A stretch of 64,000 bases of DNA, from assembly GCF_030684315.1 (NCBI RefSeq), contig NC_081400.1, positions 8,251,464-8,315,463 of the forward strand, given 5' to 3'. The notes beneath the pieces are model-generated. The model searched no databases, was not told where the DNA came from, and worked only from the letters and a program-made list of their open reading frames with translations. A program made the position numbers and the translations under genes. This document shows positions 14,400-28,419 of the stretch, in pieces (position 1 is the first letter of the stretch; the number at the start of each line of letters is the position of its first letter). The DNA is from Stegostoma tigrinum (Eukaryota).

Positions 14400-14915
14400 C
14401 ACATCTTACGAATGTTATAGACGCCCCGTAGAAAGCATCCTCTGCAGATGCATTATGCTAGGTATGGTAAGAAGGTGATGCAAGACTGCAAGAAATTCGA
14501 GAGAATTATGAATGCACCACAGTCTATAACAAAAAAAAGCTTTCCTTTCAACGACTCCAATTGCATTTCACCCTGCCTCAGGAAAGCAGCCAACATAATC
14601 AGCCCCCTCTGAACCAGTTACATTCTCATCCACCCCCTTCCATCAGGCAGAAGGTACAGAAGTTTTAAAAACATGCACTGACAGATTTAAAGACTGTTTC
14701 TTCCCCGCTGTTATCAGACTTTTGAACGAACGTTTCATACATTAAAAACGGTTAATTATCTGCACTTTCTCTGCAACTATAATCCAATTTTCTGCATTCT
14801 GTTCTGTAATGCTGATGTGCTCATGTATGTTATTATTTGCTTTTATAGCATGCAAAGCAATACCGTTCATCGGATTTCAAAACGTAGTAATAATCAAATT
14901 CAACCAAATCAAAGA
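14400..14915 (+). mobile_element. Rex1/Babar-type LINE 3' fragment
   Basis: Translates LPSGRRYRSF…DRFKDCFFPAVIRLLN, the characteristic Rex/Babar ORF C-terminus, followed by an (aatca)n-like tail. Confidence 0.72.
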
Positions 14916-17261
14916 TGAATTGTTTGATTATAAGTTTGTGTTGACAGTATAGGAATAAAACACTCATTAAGCAAGCAAATTAAGTATTGACAATATTACA
15001 TGAATAAGAACCGAAATAACTGCCAATGCTATAAATCAGAGACAAAAATAGAAATTGCTGAAAAACAACTCAACAGATCTGCCAGCATCTGTGGAGCGAA
15101 ATGAGGCTTAACATTTCGGAGCAGATCAAAGAATTTGATGAACCAGCAAAAGCTGAGAGTGTCTGGAAATTTAAAGGAACGAGTGGTTAAAAGTGGAGAT
15201 GTCACATATAAAACTGTAAATTTTTAATCACATCTTTGCTGTCTTTGAATAAAGTTGTGACGAGCTTCATTCACTGCTAACTTGTAGTATGGAGTCATCT
15301 TTCTGATAGAAATAAAAGTACCTGGGTAAATTATTTTTATGCATAGAGGTGGAGGAGTCCGCAAGGTTCTGGAAACAAACTGTCACGGACAATATTTTGG
15401 CACCTCTGTCAAAAGGCGTCCATTGAAATTGACACTTAAGGTCCTTGGAACACAAGCTGCCAAGCTGTGCTGGATTTTCATACGGCTGTCTTGGGCTGGT
15501 TTTTCGGAGGGCATCTACTCCATGTGAAGATTGAGGTATAACTTGAATGAGAGCACCTTCAAGGCAGAGACCAGGCACCCTGACTGGCAAACCATGATAC
15601 AGTTGCATCCACAATATAAAGTTGACTTTTAAGTGGATTAGATTAGCGATAATGCGTTTATTACGACGAAGAAAACATAACCCCAAACTTAGCAAGGCAT
15701 TTCAGACAATATCTGTGTTAAAAATGACACAGATAAACAGGGTTTTGCAGTACGCTGGTCTGTTCTTGTACAGAACATTGCCCAGCACAGTAACTATGGC
15801 AGGAGACCATAAAGAGCGAGGGAAGAATTTTGGAAAGCACACCCCGGTGACTGCTGCGGCTTGCAGCCTGGAAGACTCCCCGGTCAGCAGTTGAGATACG
15901 TTCACTACAGGAAAAGCAACTAACAACGATTGATGAAATTGCAAGGTTTGAGATCTTAGACGTAAAACAGGACATAAAGTTGTCTGAAATAAATAATTCA
16001 CATCGGACAGTTCCAGTCAACTTTGAAAGAGCAAATTACTACAGATGCTAGAATGTGTGCTGACACCCACAAATGCAGGAGATAGCAGTGGGCCAGACAA
16101 CATTCATGGAGAGAGCAAGCTAATGTTGTGAGTCTAGCAGACTGTTAATCAGATTTCAACAAATTTGAAAGAGCCTATTCAATTGAGAGGATGGGCATTG
16201 AAACAGCGAGGCAGCCTTGCATATTGTGACAAGCTGGAACAACAGTGTAGGAAGCTCTACTCAGCAACGTGGGTCCGTCTATGTCTGGAAAATGGAGCAG
16301 GGTAAGTCAGGCCCCAGTACAGAGCATTCAAAGTTACAGAAACAAATGCAATTGTTATTGATAATAAAATGTGAGGCTGGATGAACACAGCAGGCCAAGC
16401 AGCATCTCAGGAGCACATTGCTATTGAAACAGGTCTCCACTCAGAATGGATCATGCCTGCAATTGGGTTCCACCCCACAGAACGATAACAAAGGATTCCA
16501 CACTGATACATCCACATCCAGTCCTGAGCCACATATCTGCGACCCTGCTGCATTTCTCCCCTGTGACTGCACCTTCAGACCCACCCCAAAACCGCAACTG
16601 AAACCGGAACCCATGATTCTTGTGATCACTCAGCATAGAACAACTGATTGTCACATTCCAGCGAACCAACTGGTGGACATTGCCATAATGTGGTTTCTAT
16701 TTGATTCCATTTCTAATCTCTTTAAAGTTTTGATGAGGTCCACCGACAGATATTAAGATAGACCAAAACCTTTTCAAAGACTTCACCTGTATGGGTAATA
16801 TTTACTCAGTTTGAACGAGGGAGTAGGTGCAGAGATATTGGTGTTAGTCCATCTCTAATAGTAAATGATGAAAATATTTGCACTCTTCCTGAAATATTGC
16901 CCAAGACAGTGGCAGTTTGTGAATAAATGGAGAGAGGTATGGTTTTCTCTTGTACAATATAAGGCTAGGAAGCCCAGTAAAGACTGCGGAAGTGATAATG
17001 GAATAATGGGGAATAAAACTGATTATTCCAGGAATACAGTTTATTTTTGGAATGACTGAGCTGGATCACAGGTTAAAACAATGCCCATTGTAGTGGAAAA
17101 TCCAAAAGAAAACCAGTGAACTGAGGAGTTAAAGGAAAACTAACCTGGAATTTTCCGGTCTGTGTGGTGACCAGATCCACAGCCATGAGGTAGAACAAGA
17201 AGGGAAAACAAAAGAGAAAGATGAAGGATTTGTGATCCAAATAGGTGACACTCTGTTCAAT

Positions 17262-17511
17262 GATAGTAGGAGCTGCAGATGCTGGATGATCTGAGTTAAC
17301 AACGTGTAGAGTCGGATGAACACAGTCGGTAAAACAGCATCTTTGGAGCACAAAAGCTGACGTTTTGGTTCTAGACACCTCTCTGATGAAGGGTCTAGGC
17401 CCGAAACGTCAGCTTTTGTGCTCCTGAGATGCTACTTGGCCTGCTGTGTTCATCCAGCTCCACACTTTGTTCTCTTGGATTCTCCAGCATCTGCAGTTCC
17501 CCTTATCTCTG
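17262..17511. repeat. Head-to-head inverted pair of Penelope terminal fragments
   Basis: An arm of about 120 bp followed by the reverse complement of a related arm (…gagcacaaaagctgacgtttt / aaacgtcagcttttgtgctc…). Confidence 0.8.
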
Positions 17512-20500
17512 ACATCAAGATGTTGTTGGTTTTTGTTGCACCTGTCATACGTTTCAGATGGTGGTAGGTTAGCCACAGCCAGTGATACGATCAGTGTCTT
17601 TGCTGTCAATTCCCGTGTTTGAAGAACCATTCACAGGCATTACAATTGGTTATGTTAGTAATCTCCCGAAAAACCAAGACAGAGCCAGTATTTCCTAACC
17701 ATATCGGATGTGTCTACCAGGTTTCTAGTTGCGATCCCATTACCATATATTGACACAAAAATGTTTCTGGAGACATTTTTTGCTTTCTTCAGCCATTATA
17801 GATTACCCTATAGATTCAGTCAGACCAAGGGTCCAATTTTACTGCCACATTATTTAAGGAGGTCGTGGATAGTTTCTGCATCAAGCACTTAAATCTAGTG
17901 TGTACCATCCTGAATACCAGGGCGCATTGTAAAGTTGACATCAAACAATTAAGTCAATGGTGAGGGCCTTGACCCAAATAATTGGGGAAAGGTACCCCGT
18001 TTATATTATTTGCTATTAGAGATGCTTCAAATGAATTGACTGAGTTTACTTCATTTGAATTGATGTTCAGACACAAAGTAAGAGGACCTTCAAAATTCAT
18101 TCAGGAAGTGTTGATCTGTCCAAATTCAGAGGTCTTACACTTGGATTATGCATCTGAAGTGAGAGAAAGATTAAACAGTGAATTAGTTAGAAAACGTTTG
18201 AAGGTGGCACAACACCCAGTGAAACAAGAAGAAGAGAGGGAATCTAAACTGTGTATGCTTGCCCAGGGGATAAAGTATTGGTGCCGTTGCCAATGGTAGA
18301 AGATCACTTCAAAGCAAGATTTAGTTGTCCGTATCAGATTGGAAGTTAAGTCAGGTGAATTATCTGATAAATGTGTCAGATAGGGAAAACAATAAAAGTG
18401 TTAGCTGTCTCATGTGAACATTCTGAAACCTTACTATGAAAGGGAAAGGGAACCGAAGAAACAGGTATGAGTTCCTGCCACTCAGATTGATGAATCAAAT
18501 CCAGATGATTTGGATTTTGATGTGCCTCAGAATTAAATGAATAATGGGGAAGTCTTAAAGGAATGGGAAAGGGTATTGAGCTATCTGTCCCAGGAACATA
18601 CATTGAATTGAAAGGCTTACAATTACAATGCTATGAAGACATAAGTAGAAAAAGAATGGCGAGGAATAATGTCATAGTGCATGAGGTTGACGTACAGAAT
18701 GCTGGCCCAATAAAACAAACACCCCCACAGGCTGAATCCTCTCAAAGCAGCAGTGATTCAAAAGGAAGTGTAAGTGATACTCCAAGAAGACATTCGAAGG
18801 ATTAATGAAATTGAGTGAAGTACGCCGACCATGTTGGTTCCCGAACCTAATAGTACTCAATGATTCTACGTAGATTATTGGAAGTTCAACACCGTGACAA
18901 AGTCTGACTCATACCCAATTCCAAGACTGGATGATTGTGTTTAAAATGTAGCACAATCCAATTGCATCAAAAATTGGAATACTTCTCTGTTACTGTGAAG
19001 TACCTTTGTCGCAGTGAGCAAAAGACATTTCTGCTTTTGCAACCCCAAATGGGCTATATCAATTTAAAGTAATGACCTTTGGATTTTAAAAAAATGCACC
19101 AGCTACGCTTCAAAGGCTTACTAACAGAATTGTTTCAGGATTGACTAATTATTCCATCTACATTGATGATGTAGTGATCTTTAGTCATTTGTGGAATGAT
19201 CAAATGGAGTATTTGCTATCTGAGACACAGGGGAAGGCAAAGTTGGTCATAAATTTGGCAAAACAGAATTGGCAAAAGCAGAAGTGACATTCTTTGGGCA
19301 CAACACTGAATACGGAGGAATAAAACTGAGGAATGTGAAGATGAAGACCATCGAGCAATTTCCAAGGCACCTTCAAAAAAGAAAGTACTCCGATTTTTAG
19401 GATTGTGGGAATTCTACAGTAAATTTGTACCAAACTTTAGGAGAGTAGGGGCAACATTGGCAGATTTGTTTAAAGAAGCACAACATTTTGATGGCTAGAA
19501 CAATGCCAGGATGCATTTGAGAATATAAAAGCAGTGTGTGTTAACCACTGCACCAGTTTTGGACACACCAAATATTTTGGAGCCCTTCAAAATCACCACT
19601 AACATAAGTGGTGTAAGTGTTGCAGCTGTGTGATTTAAGGAGAATGATTGTGTAATTGACAGGCCAATACAGTAGTTTTCAACAAAATGTAATATCTACC
19701 AGAACAAAAATAGCCATTGTCAAAGAGTTATTGAGTTTGGTAATGGCTTTACAACATTTTATTGTCTACATTACAACCAATGCATCAGAGATGATTGTGT
19801 ACACCGATCACAATCCTTTGACATTTATGGAAAGATTTAAGGACAAGAACACTAGGTTTTCACTTTGAAGTCTCATATCACAAGCATTAAATTGCAGATC
19901 TTTCATGTTGTGGGTCGTGAAAATCATAGAATGATAAATCATAGCATTCCTGCTGTGTCAAAATATGCCCTTTGGCCCAACAAGTTCACATTGATCCTCA
20001 GCGCACCCCACTGTGAACCTATACACCAGCTAACCTACACCTCCCTGGGCAATATAGCATGGCCAATTGTCTGCACATCTTGGGACTGTGGGAGGAAACT
20101 GGAGCATGAGGAGGAAACCCACGCAGATATGAGGTGAATGTGCAAACTCCACACAGACAGTTACCTGAGTGTGGATTTTAACCCGGGTCCCTGGCGCTGT
20201 GAGGCAGCAGGGCTAACCACAGAGCCACTGCTCCACTCCCAAGATATTATCTCGGATACCTTGTCACAAGTTTAAAAGAAAAATGTCTGTATAAGATCGA
20301 AACGACAGTGTTCAATTTAAGTTGAAGTTTTAAAAGAAAAATATACATCTTTTCATAATGAAGGTTCATTATATTTTGTATTAGGGGAGGTGTTGCCAAG
20401 TTAATAAGCGAATTTGTGGATTGGAAAGCAGAAAGGAAGAAGTTGGTCAAAGTAAAGTGCTCAGAGGGAAATCATTGCTTAATCCCTTTAAGTGAATATG

Positions 20501-20760
20501 TGCATTGACTGTGCTTGCAGATTTACAATGTATGTCTGAGAGTGGCAGCTTGGAAGTTTGGAAAAGGGCACACAGGACCTGAATTGAAGCACTCGTATCA
20601 AAATACCGAACAGCAAACATGTCAAACATCAGTTTTCTTTTTAACAAGAGATCAAGCTTCTGAATTAAACCAATCAATTTGAACCATGGACTCAGATACC
20701 GGAAACCAATGAAATTTAAATCTAATGGGTTTGACAATATGGCACCAATCCTATTGTGAA
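17510..20760 (+). mobile_element. Gmr1-like Ty3/Gypsy LTR retrotransposon remnant (INT-RT-RNaseH order)
   Basis: Integrase at about 17540-18400 (IPVFEEPF, STRFLVAIPL, SDQG-like, SSVYHPEYQGAL), then RT at about 18680-19500 (TKSDSYPIPRLDDCV, TPNGLYQFKVM, YIDDVVIFS), then RNase H at about 19550-19920 (KELLSLVMALQHF, YTDHNPLTF). Purine tract AGGGGAGG-TG near 20383. Confidence 0.82.
19926..20232 (-). mobile_element. HE1-type tRNA-derived SINE
   Basis: Reverse complement begins GTGGCTCTGTGGTTAGC (A box)…GGACCCGGGTTAAAATCC (B box), followed by the SINE core shared with other copies. Confidence 0.85.
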
Positions 20761-21404
20761 AAATATTGATGTATCATCAGGGGTAAAAATGAAGGGGGGC
20801 GGTGGGCATTTGGACAAAACCTCAGATCCAGCTGCGACCCACCAAAGCTAACTACCTTCACCTCACAAGACAGAATCGTTGACTCTCATAACATCCCCTA
20901 TGTCTTAGAAAAGACACCAGCCAAATAGCAATAGTACCAATAGCACACCAAGTTATCATTGCTAACAGAAGGTTCGGCAGAGAATGCATAGTACATTGCG
21001 GAAGACACATAACCTAGATGCTTCTTTTAAAACCCTGACACGGGCAGCACGGTGGCTCAGTAATTAGCACTGCTGCTTCACAGTGCCAGGGACCCTGCTA
21101 ATATTTGGCATGAATTTCTGGAAAGAAAAATCAATCAGGGGCAAGAATCGCAATGCTTCCCTCTTTGTTGGGAAGTGACATGGACATGGGAAATTACCCA
21201 GTCACCTTTGTTTACATATCTGGTGCGGCCTTCTCTCCATGTCCAATATGATGGCTGAGGAATGTGATTTCAGCTTTTGCGAATTCGCTCTTACCCATTT
21301 TTATCACCAAGCCTGTCTCCTAATGTCGTCAAAAAAATTCTGCTAGATGGCCAACATCATCCTTCCATGTGTCAAAATAAAAACACCCAGACATCAATAT
21401 CCAC

Positions 21405-21697
21405 TGCACGGTGGCTCCGTGGATAGCAGGGACAGCACCAGGGACCCATGTTCAATTTTAGCCTCGGGTATCTGTCTGTGTAGGTTTTGCACATTTTCCC
21501 TGTGTCTGCGTGGGTTTCATTCCACAGTCCAAAGGTGTGCCGGCAAGGTGGATTGGCCATGCAACATTGCCATAGTGGTCAGGGATGTGTAAATGAGGTA
21601 GCTTCCAGGGCAATGGGTCTGGGTGGGATTCTCCATGGGTTGGTGGACCTGTTGGGCCAAAGGGTCTGTTTCCACAATCTAGTGATTCTATGGTTCT
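21405..21697 (+). mobile_element. HE1-type SINE (5' fragment of another at 21041-21095)
   Basis: gcacggtggctc…ccagggaccc…gttcaatt…cacagtccaaag…ctatggttcta tail. Confidence 0.85.
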
Positions 21698-22555
21698 AAA
21701 ATGTAAGTGGAACAGCATGCAATTGGAATCATTCTTTATTCTGGAACAGTTAGTTGTTCAAAGGCATTTATTCAGTCTATTAAATGATTAGCTAACTTGT
21801 TCACTGTTAGAGTTAAATAAATAAGTTGTTCCTTGTTGATTGTAAAATGAGTGCCAGGGATTTATTTTATTTGACCACTAGAATTTGCCACAGGAATGTT
21901 ATGCCACTTTTCACACCCCTTTTACAAATTATGGTGAGGTGCTTCTCTTTGGTATTTCGGTATTACTTCTCAGGGTGGAGGAGGTCACCCTCCACTGTAT
22001 TACAATATTGCATTCTGGTAATGTGTAGTAACCACAATTTACTATTGAATATGTAATAGTTGTGATACAGCTCACTTTACCATCTTAACCTGCATGCTCA
22101 TTTCAGAACCTGACTGTATCCACGATGGCTTATGCTATAGGTCACGTATGCAGAGGTTCACCTCATAAAACATCTACCTCACGGCAGGTCGACCTTGTGT
22201 TTTATATTTAGACAGTGAGCAACTTTCACCAAAGTTCTTTTTGTTCAACAGGAGGAATGCAGCTGCTGCGTCTGTGAAGTAAAATAATGTTAATGCTCAG
22301 AAAGAGGAAAGCCAGAAATACACGCATAGTAACTGAAATAAACAGGGGACAGAAATTGTCCAGAAAGCATGGTATGTTAGGAATATGATAACGAAGATAT
22401 ACAGACACACAGAGTCAATTTTGCCTGTGCACTGTTTCTCACAGAAGGCAAGCACAGAGGGTTGAAAACTAGAGAGGCACCAGAACATATTAGAAAAAGA
22501 AAAAAAGTCAATTCAGCCTTTGCTGACAATCAATTCACCACGACTTACACGGGCA

Positions 22556-23090
22556 GAAGTAGAACACAGAACATAGAACATTACAGCGCAGTACAGGCCC
22601 TTTGGCCCTCGATGTTGTGCCGACCTGTCAGAACAATCTGAAGCCCATCTAACCTACACTACTCCATGTACGTTCATATGCTTGTCCAATGACGATTTAA
22701 ATGTACTTAAAGTTGGCGAATCTACTACCGTTGCAGGCAAAGCATTCCATTTCCTTACTACTCTCTGAGTAAAGGAACTACCTCTGACATCTGTCCTATA
22801 TCTTTCACCCCTCAATTTAAAGCTATGCCCCCTCGTGCTCGCCGTCACCGTCCTAGAAAAAAGGCTCTCCCTATCCACCCTATCTAACCCTCTGATTATC
22901 TTATATATCTCAATTAAGTCCCCACTCAACCTTCTTCTCTCTAACGAAAACAGCCTCAAGTCCCTCAGCCTTTCCTCATAAGACCTTCCCGCCATACCAG
23001 GCAACATCCTAGTAAATCTCCTCTGCACCCTTTCCAAAGCTTCCACTTCCTTCTTATAATGCGGTGACCAGAACTGTATGCAATGCTCCA
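22556..23090 (-). mobile_element. Young 5'-truncated CR1-type LINE
   Basis: Intact ORF2 C-terminus EHCIQFWSPHYKKEVEALERVQRRFTRMLPG…FTQRVVRKWNALP (ORF 22654-23163). Confidence 0.92.
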
Positions 23091-23279
23091 TGTCAATACA
23101 ATAAAAGATGAGGAACAATTCTTGTTCCACAAACAGGCATGTCAAAGCATCCACTGATAGCAAGCCATTACAAAATTAACAACATTTTAAGATAATAAAA
23201 CAAATTAATTCACTGTCCATGATTAGTCAATTCCTTGGACAATTTGCGAAGGCAGTCAGGAAGGAATAAGATCTCAGCC

Positions 23280-25260
23280 CTGACAACATTAAACATAACT
23301 CCCATTCTATAGTCTATCGAGAGAAATGTCTGGACACAGGAAAAGCCAGACCAGGTTGCTGTCCGCTCAGAGTGAGTTGAACAAATATATTTAGAGAGAG
23401 AGAGAAAGAGACAGAGACAGAGAAGAAATACAAAGGATGCGATGGCTCAAAGACAATATAATCAAAGAGAGTTGCAGCGGCTGGAATTCACCCAGAGTAA
23501 TGGTGTCAAAACCAGACGGTACCCAACAGTAAGGTGTTAACCACCGCAAAGTCATTCAGTTGCAAAGTCTGATTCATACCCTGTTCCATGTTTGGAAGAC
23601 TGTGTTGAGAAGTTGGGAAAGGTGACTTATATTTCAAAGGTGTACTTCCTCAGAGGATATTGGCATGGACCTTAATCTTGAAGAGCAAAGACAATTTCAG
23701 CTTCTTTGCAAATGACTGTACAGTACCAATTTCAAATCATGCCATTTGGTATGAAAAATATGCCAGCCACATTTCAAATACTAACCAATGAGGTCATTCC
23801 CAGATTACTCGATTGTGTGGTGTCAATCGATATGGAAAGAACATTTCCAACATTTGTCAGAAATATTAGTTCAACTTTGGGAGACAGCCTTGGTGATAAA
23901 CCTGGCTAATAGTGAATTTGTGAAAGCCTCTTTCCTGGGCCATGTTACTGAACATGGAGAGATGGCCCCACAAAAATGAGAAAACAAAGGTTATTGGGGA
24001 GTCTTCAATACCAACAAAGAAGACTGAATTATTACGATTCCTGGGATTGATTGGGTTTTATTGGAAGCATACCAAATCTGAGCAGTGTGGTTTCTCCACT
24101 GACTTAAGTATTGAAGTGCAGAAAAGTTTAGCAGGTGGCAAACTATCAGAAGTCGTTTTATAGCCTGAAAGCTGTGAAAACCACTGTCCCAGTATTGTAC
24201 AAAGCCAATCAAGGTGGCTATCAATGCAACTCACATTGGTGTTGATTCTGTACTCTTCCAAGAAGACAACGAGAAAATAGAAAGACTTCTTGTGCTTTTA
24301 TTCTAGAAAATTGAACACATATAAACATAAGTATTCCACGATTGAGAATGGAACCTTGAGCTTCATAATGATGTTAAAACAGTTCAATATTTGAAATGCC
24401 AAACATTTGTCTGAAAAGATTATATATACTGAACATAACCCATTAAAGACTTTTTGGAGAAATCAAAGGGCAATATTTCCAGACTTTTTAGATAGAGGTC
24501 ATTATTGCAGCCATTTCATTTGAAAATTATACACATGGAAGATCAAGAAAGCATAATTGCTGATGCATTCTCATGATTTGGATGTAGTAACATGGAGGAA
24601 TTCAGTGACAGGAGTAAACAGACTGAAACAGAATGCAGTAGTGAATGCATACATGTTTAGAGTCAACACAACCTCTACGTATTTTAACGTACAAATAGAG
24701 TAAGGCTAACAGTTTTTAAATGAAGCCATGTTTGTATATTAATAGTTCATTTTCTCTAATGGTGGGAGGTGTGATTGTGCTGTCTCTTTTAAAAGGTAGT
24801 TTCGCAGTTTTTTTTGAAGAGAGTTTGTAAAGGCAGAGCTGTCGAAATGACTACTGAAGATGGACTATGTTACAATCAGAGAAGGCTGTTAGATTTTATT
24901 TTAAAAAGTTGTAACAATGGAAGGGAAATAGCCAGTTCTCACAGATCAGGTTTTCTGGTTTTTATTAACTTTGGCAGGCAACAGCTGTTTGGATCCCAGA
25001 ATTTTGCCCTCAAATTTATCCAAAAGACTTTAATGGGTTATGATCAGTATATATAATCGTTTCAAACAAATCTTTGACAATGTAAATGTTGAAATGTCGG
25101 AGCTTCAGTCAAATGATTCCTGGCTGATGCATTATCTGAAATCTCTCCTAAATGTTGTTTCTTCCCAGATTGGAGAATAGCACATAAGAATCTCTGTCTG
25201 AATTTACCATTTTGACAAGGGGTGTGTTTGCATGATGTTTACAGGCCTGTAGTGAGCTAC
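23280..25260 (+). mobile_element. Gypsy (Gmr1-related) RT-RNaseH remnant plus 3' LTR
   Basis: KSDSYPVPCLEDCVE, YQFQIMPFGMKNMPATFQ, LLRFLGLIGFY, YTEHNPL; purine tract tggtgggagg-TG at about 24761-24772, then LTR-like sequence. Confidence 0.78.
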
Positions 25261-26044
25261 ACTTATTTCAGTTGATATTCGCAGTGAAGTTTGGATCATC
25301 CCAGAGCTTGAATTGTAATACTTCACATTTGTGATATTTCGTGGAATAATGGGGCATGCTCAGTAACTGATGATTTCCTCTAGGACAGAGGCAGTAGTAA
25401 CAATTGTAAACTAGAACATTTTCTCGAAGTGTTAGATATGTAAGGAACACAGATGAATTTTGAGAGATAGTGAAGAAGTCGATTAGCATTTTCAAACATG
25501 TTAATATGCTGCAAAGAGCCTGGACTGCAATAAATATGAAACTGAAACAACACCGCATGTTGTTTAAATGGTGATACATTGTGAAGTATAGATGCCCAAA
25601 TCGGTCTGGTGTCATTGCACATAATCTAATTAAGTAGCCACATTGGTAAAGAAGGTAATTCCGAAGAGAAATCGTTTATTGTCCTCCATTGCATGCGGGT
25701 GTGAGGTCAGCAGTAGGATGCACTGATACAGGTGTACAGTGCCTTGGTTAAAAAAATAAAAATCAACTGAAATATTATGGGCAGCTTTGGTATTCCCACG
25801 AAAGAAAGTGTATACCTACTAAGGGAAGAAACACAGCAAATCCTTCCAAGTCAGTTCCTGAGATGCCAGAACGCTACTATAAGGAGAAATTTGCTTGACT
25901 GGCCCGCTATTATTTTCATATTAAGAAAGATGAGGGGAGATCCAGTTGAAGTAAGCAACAATATGTTAGAATCCAGGTTATGCAGCTTAAAATCTATCTA
26001 CCTAGCGACCTATCAATCTATCTATAAGTTTCCTAATGGATGAA

Positions 26045-26595
26045 GGGATGGCATGGTGGACGAGTGGCTCAGTGGTTAGCACTGCAGCTTCACGGTACTG
26101 GAGATCCAGGTTCAATTCTACCCTTGCGTGACTGTCTGTGTGGTTTTAGCACATTTCCACCACGTCTGTGGGCTTCCCCCCACAGTCTAAAGATGTGTAG
26201 GTGGATTGGATTGGCCATTCTAAATTGCCTGTAGTGTTCAGTGATGTATAGTTTGGATGGCTCTGAGTGTTGTGCACCAAGGGTCATGATGGGACTTGTG
26301 GGGCCTGAACTACTAGGAGGCATTGTTTTAAAGTGAGTGGAAGTAGATATAGGGGAGATGTCAGAGGTAGGTTCTTTACTCAGAGAGTGTGTAGGGGCAT
26401 GAAATGCAGTGCCAGAGAGGGTAGTAGAGTCGGCCACATTAGGGGCATTTAACCCGCTATTAGATAGGCATAAGGATGATAGTATAAGGCAAGGGTGGAG
26501 GTTAGATAGACCTTAAGATTAGGGTAAAAGTTCAGCACAACGTCATGCATTGAAGAGCATCTTCTGTGCTGTCCTGATCTATTTTCTATGTTCTA
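26045..26595 (+). mobile_element. HE1-type SINE followed by a CR1 3' fragment
   Basis: gtggctcagtggttagcactgc…ggttcaattc; from about 26315, aggttctttactcagagagt…ttctatgttcta. Confidence 0.8.
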
Positions 26596-26599
26596 AATG

Positions 26600-28400
26600 A
26601 TTCCAAGCTGTTATTTTCTCTGAAATCTGTCTGATGCTGTTTTGTACTGGATTGGAGAACTGAATGTAACAATCAGCGTCTGAATGTATCTTTTTCCCAA
26701 GGGCTGTGTTTTTTGACATGTTACTGTACTGGAACAGTTAAGTACTAACTGGTACAGCAACTATTATTTGTTTAAGTTTTTGTTTTCAATCGTTAACTTA
26801 TTCTAAATTCATCTTACTTTTATTTGTGTTTAAACTACAGTGTTTAAGCAAATTATGTTCTGCTTAACTTCGAGTATTTTGATCAATTGAAACAGATCTT
26901 GGAACATGCACTTGATGTTGACCAATAAAATGTGGAAAATCTAATATCGTGTCTACCTTCTCAAAATGTTTTGAGGGAGTCTGGTCTGGTGCAAAACTAC
27001 GTGGACAAATGGTTCCACAGGATGTGGAAAAAAATTATTGGGGAGTTTTCCAAACCAACAAGAAAGAGGAAAGTACTATGTTGTCTGGGAATTAATGTTT
27101 TTTAGGGGAGGTTTGTACTGAATTATTACATTGTGGTTGCGTATTGAAGAAGTGCAGAAATTTTCATTAGAAGGAGGAATCTCAGAAGCCATTTGACAGT
27201 CTGGATGCTGCTCCAGTGTCAGGCGCATGTAATTACACAAAGCAAAGCCATTCAAATTGACTGTCGATGTGAGTATAAGTTGGTGTCAGTATTGTACACT
27301 TGCGAGATGATGATGGGAATATTGGAAGGCCTACTGGACATTTTTTTCACAATATATTGAATACAATCAATACAGATAATCCACGATTGAAGAGGAATCC
27401 TTGAGCAACATGTCAATATTTATATTGCCAGTAATGTGTCTGAGAACATTGCATCTACTGATCATAATCCCTTAATTTTTGTTTTTGGAAAGAAAGGATT
27501 TCCCGACGGTCTCGATTGAACTTATTATTGTGGCGAAGAGAGCATATTTACGAGGCATTGCCACGACTTTGTAGAAGGAAGACAGAGGTGTTTGCTGATG
27601 ACAAAAACGTACCGTAATAGACACTAGTAGTGAATGTTTGAATGCTTATAGTTAATGTATATCATTGTTATTCACTAAGAATGTGAGAATAAATGACTTT
27701 TTTTTCAAAATGATATCATGTCTGTATATTGATCAGAATGGGCCACTGGACCTGGACCCGAACTGTTAACTCGGATTTCTCCCCACAGGTGCTGCCACAA
27801 TGGCTGAGGTTTTCCAGTGATTTCTGTTTTTTCTTTCTGATTTGTACCATCCACAGTTTTTTGGTTTTAATTTTGTATGTTGATGGCTCATTTTTTTAAG
27901 GTTGGAGATTTAGTGCTACAATGGCTCTAAGAGATGTTTTATCTTTTATGAGGAGAGATTGACATAGAGGTGCTGATCTGTTTGCTTAGAGACAATAAAG
28001 TAAACAGCCGTGAGACCCTTTCTTTCAAAGTTGTAACATCAGAAGCAGGCTGAATTGTCAAGCTCCCACAGGACCAACAGTCTTCAAGCTGAATATGGAT
28101 GACCTTAACCCTTTCTCTGTCACAAGGAAAGCTGGGATGCACTTCCTGCTGCTAGAGTCACCTGAGAGACTGTCTATTCTCCCGGATTTGTCTTTGCGAA
28201 GTGTGTTTTTATGGGATGTTACTATTTTGGAACAGTTAATTAGTAATAGTTAAAAGCATTGATATGTGTGCATGTGAGTTTGTGTTTTATATATATTATT
28301 TTGTTTGGCATTTCAAACAAGCTGCAGTGAAGCCACTTGTATCTAATAAAAGAAAAATGTTGGGTCTCAGCTATCTTCTTAAAGTATTTTGAGGGTATTT
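26600..28400 (+). mobile_element. Gypsy LTR fragments and RNaseH remnant
   Basis: LTR core (…gtgt(g)tttt…atgttact…ggaacagttaa…) at about 26700 and 28200, also at about 25220 and 39650; TDHNPL-type RNase H DNA at about 27460. Confidence 0.65.
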
Positions 28401-28419
28401 GGCCTGGTTCATATCTGCA

